The notes beneath the pieces were generated by a model. The model did no database searches. It had not been told where the DNA came from and saw only the letters and a program-made list of their open reading frames with translations. From contig NC_043019.1 in the NCBI RefSeq assembly GCF_006345805.1, forward strand, positions 1,178,001-1,242,000: 64,000 nt of DNA, read 5' to 3'. A program made the position numbers and the translations under genes. The stretch comes from Octopus sinensis. Taxonomy: Eukaryota. Shown piece by piece: positions 63,671 to 64,000 of this stretch; position 1 is the first letter of the stretch; every line of letters begins with the position of its first letter.

Positions 63671-63843
63671 AGGAAGGTATCATAATTATCAAATGTGAAA
63701 AAGGAATTAATCGTAAGAACAAACAATTCTCCAAAGTTGACACGCCGTTAAGAAAACCAACAGGCTTTTGGCTTCGAGATAATAGGACAATCTCAGAATC
63801 GATATTTTGCAATAGGTTTTCAGAATCTTCTGCTGGTTTCCCT
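63671..63843 (+). CDS. Candidate internal coding exon
   Basis: Acceptor tatccacccctag and donor CCT|gtaagg. Phase-1 frame reads (E)EGIIIIKCEKGINRKNKQFSKVDTPLRKPTGFWLRDNRTISESIFCNRFSESSAGFP, inside a stop-free stretch 63610-63900. Phase-compatible with the exon at 50921-50978. Confidence 0.42.
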
Positions 63844-64000
63844 GTAAGGAGATATATGGTGCAATATAGGAAAAGATTAAGAAAATCTTTCCACTGTTAA
63901 TGATTATAAAATTTCGAGCGGAAGTAAACTCAGACGCTTCTGATATTCGAACCTAAATTTTGTTTTACATTTACTATAGAACGTCCTTGTAATTTTTCTC

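Overview
AT-rich, microsatellite-saturated animal genomic DNA, most consistent with an octopus (coleoid cephalopod) genome. That assignment is inferred from recalled SINE sequences, not from a database search. Nearly all ORFs in the track are translations of (TA)n, (GATA)n or (ATT)n repeats. The window holds more than 30 tRNA-derived SINE copies (four body types I call A-D), decayed fragments of Tc1, mariner, hAT, RTE, CR1/L2-like, R4/Dong-like and Gypsy-like elements, one 100-N gap, and a few isolated candidate exons (a possible secreted-protein gene starting at 50921 and a possible GPI-tail last exon at 9831). The main unexplained structure is a set of at least seven unrelated small non-coding element families (my labels H1-H7), each carrying a type I hammerhead ribozyme (HHR) motif. 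About 20 motifs are visible, roughly half with an intact catalytic core. They occur as tandem units, perfect palindromes or fold-back pairs, usually fused to TA microsatellites. This matches the known pseudo-LTR (pLTR) architecture of Penelope-like elements (PLEs) and retrozyme-like non-autonomous elements, but no RT or GIY-YIG ORF is present here. Several families share non-canonical core variants. All ribozyme folds were derived by eye and are untested.
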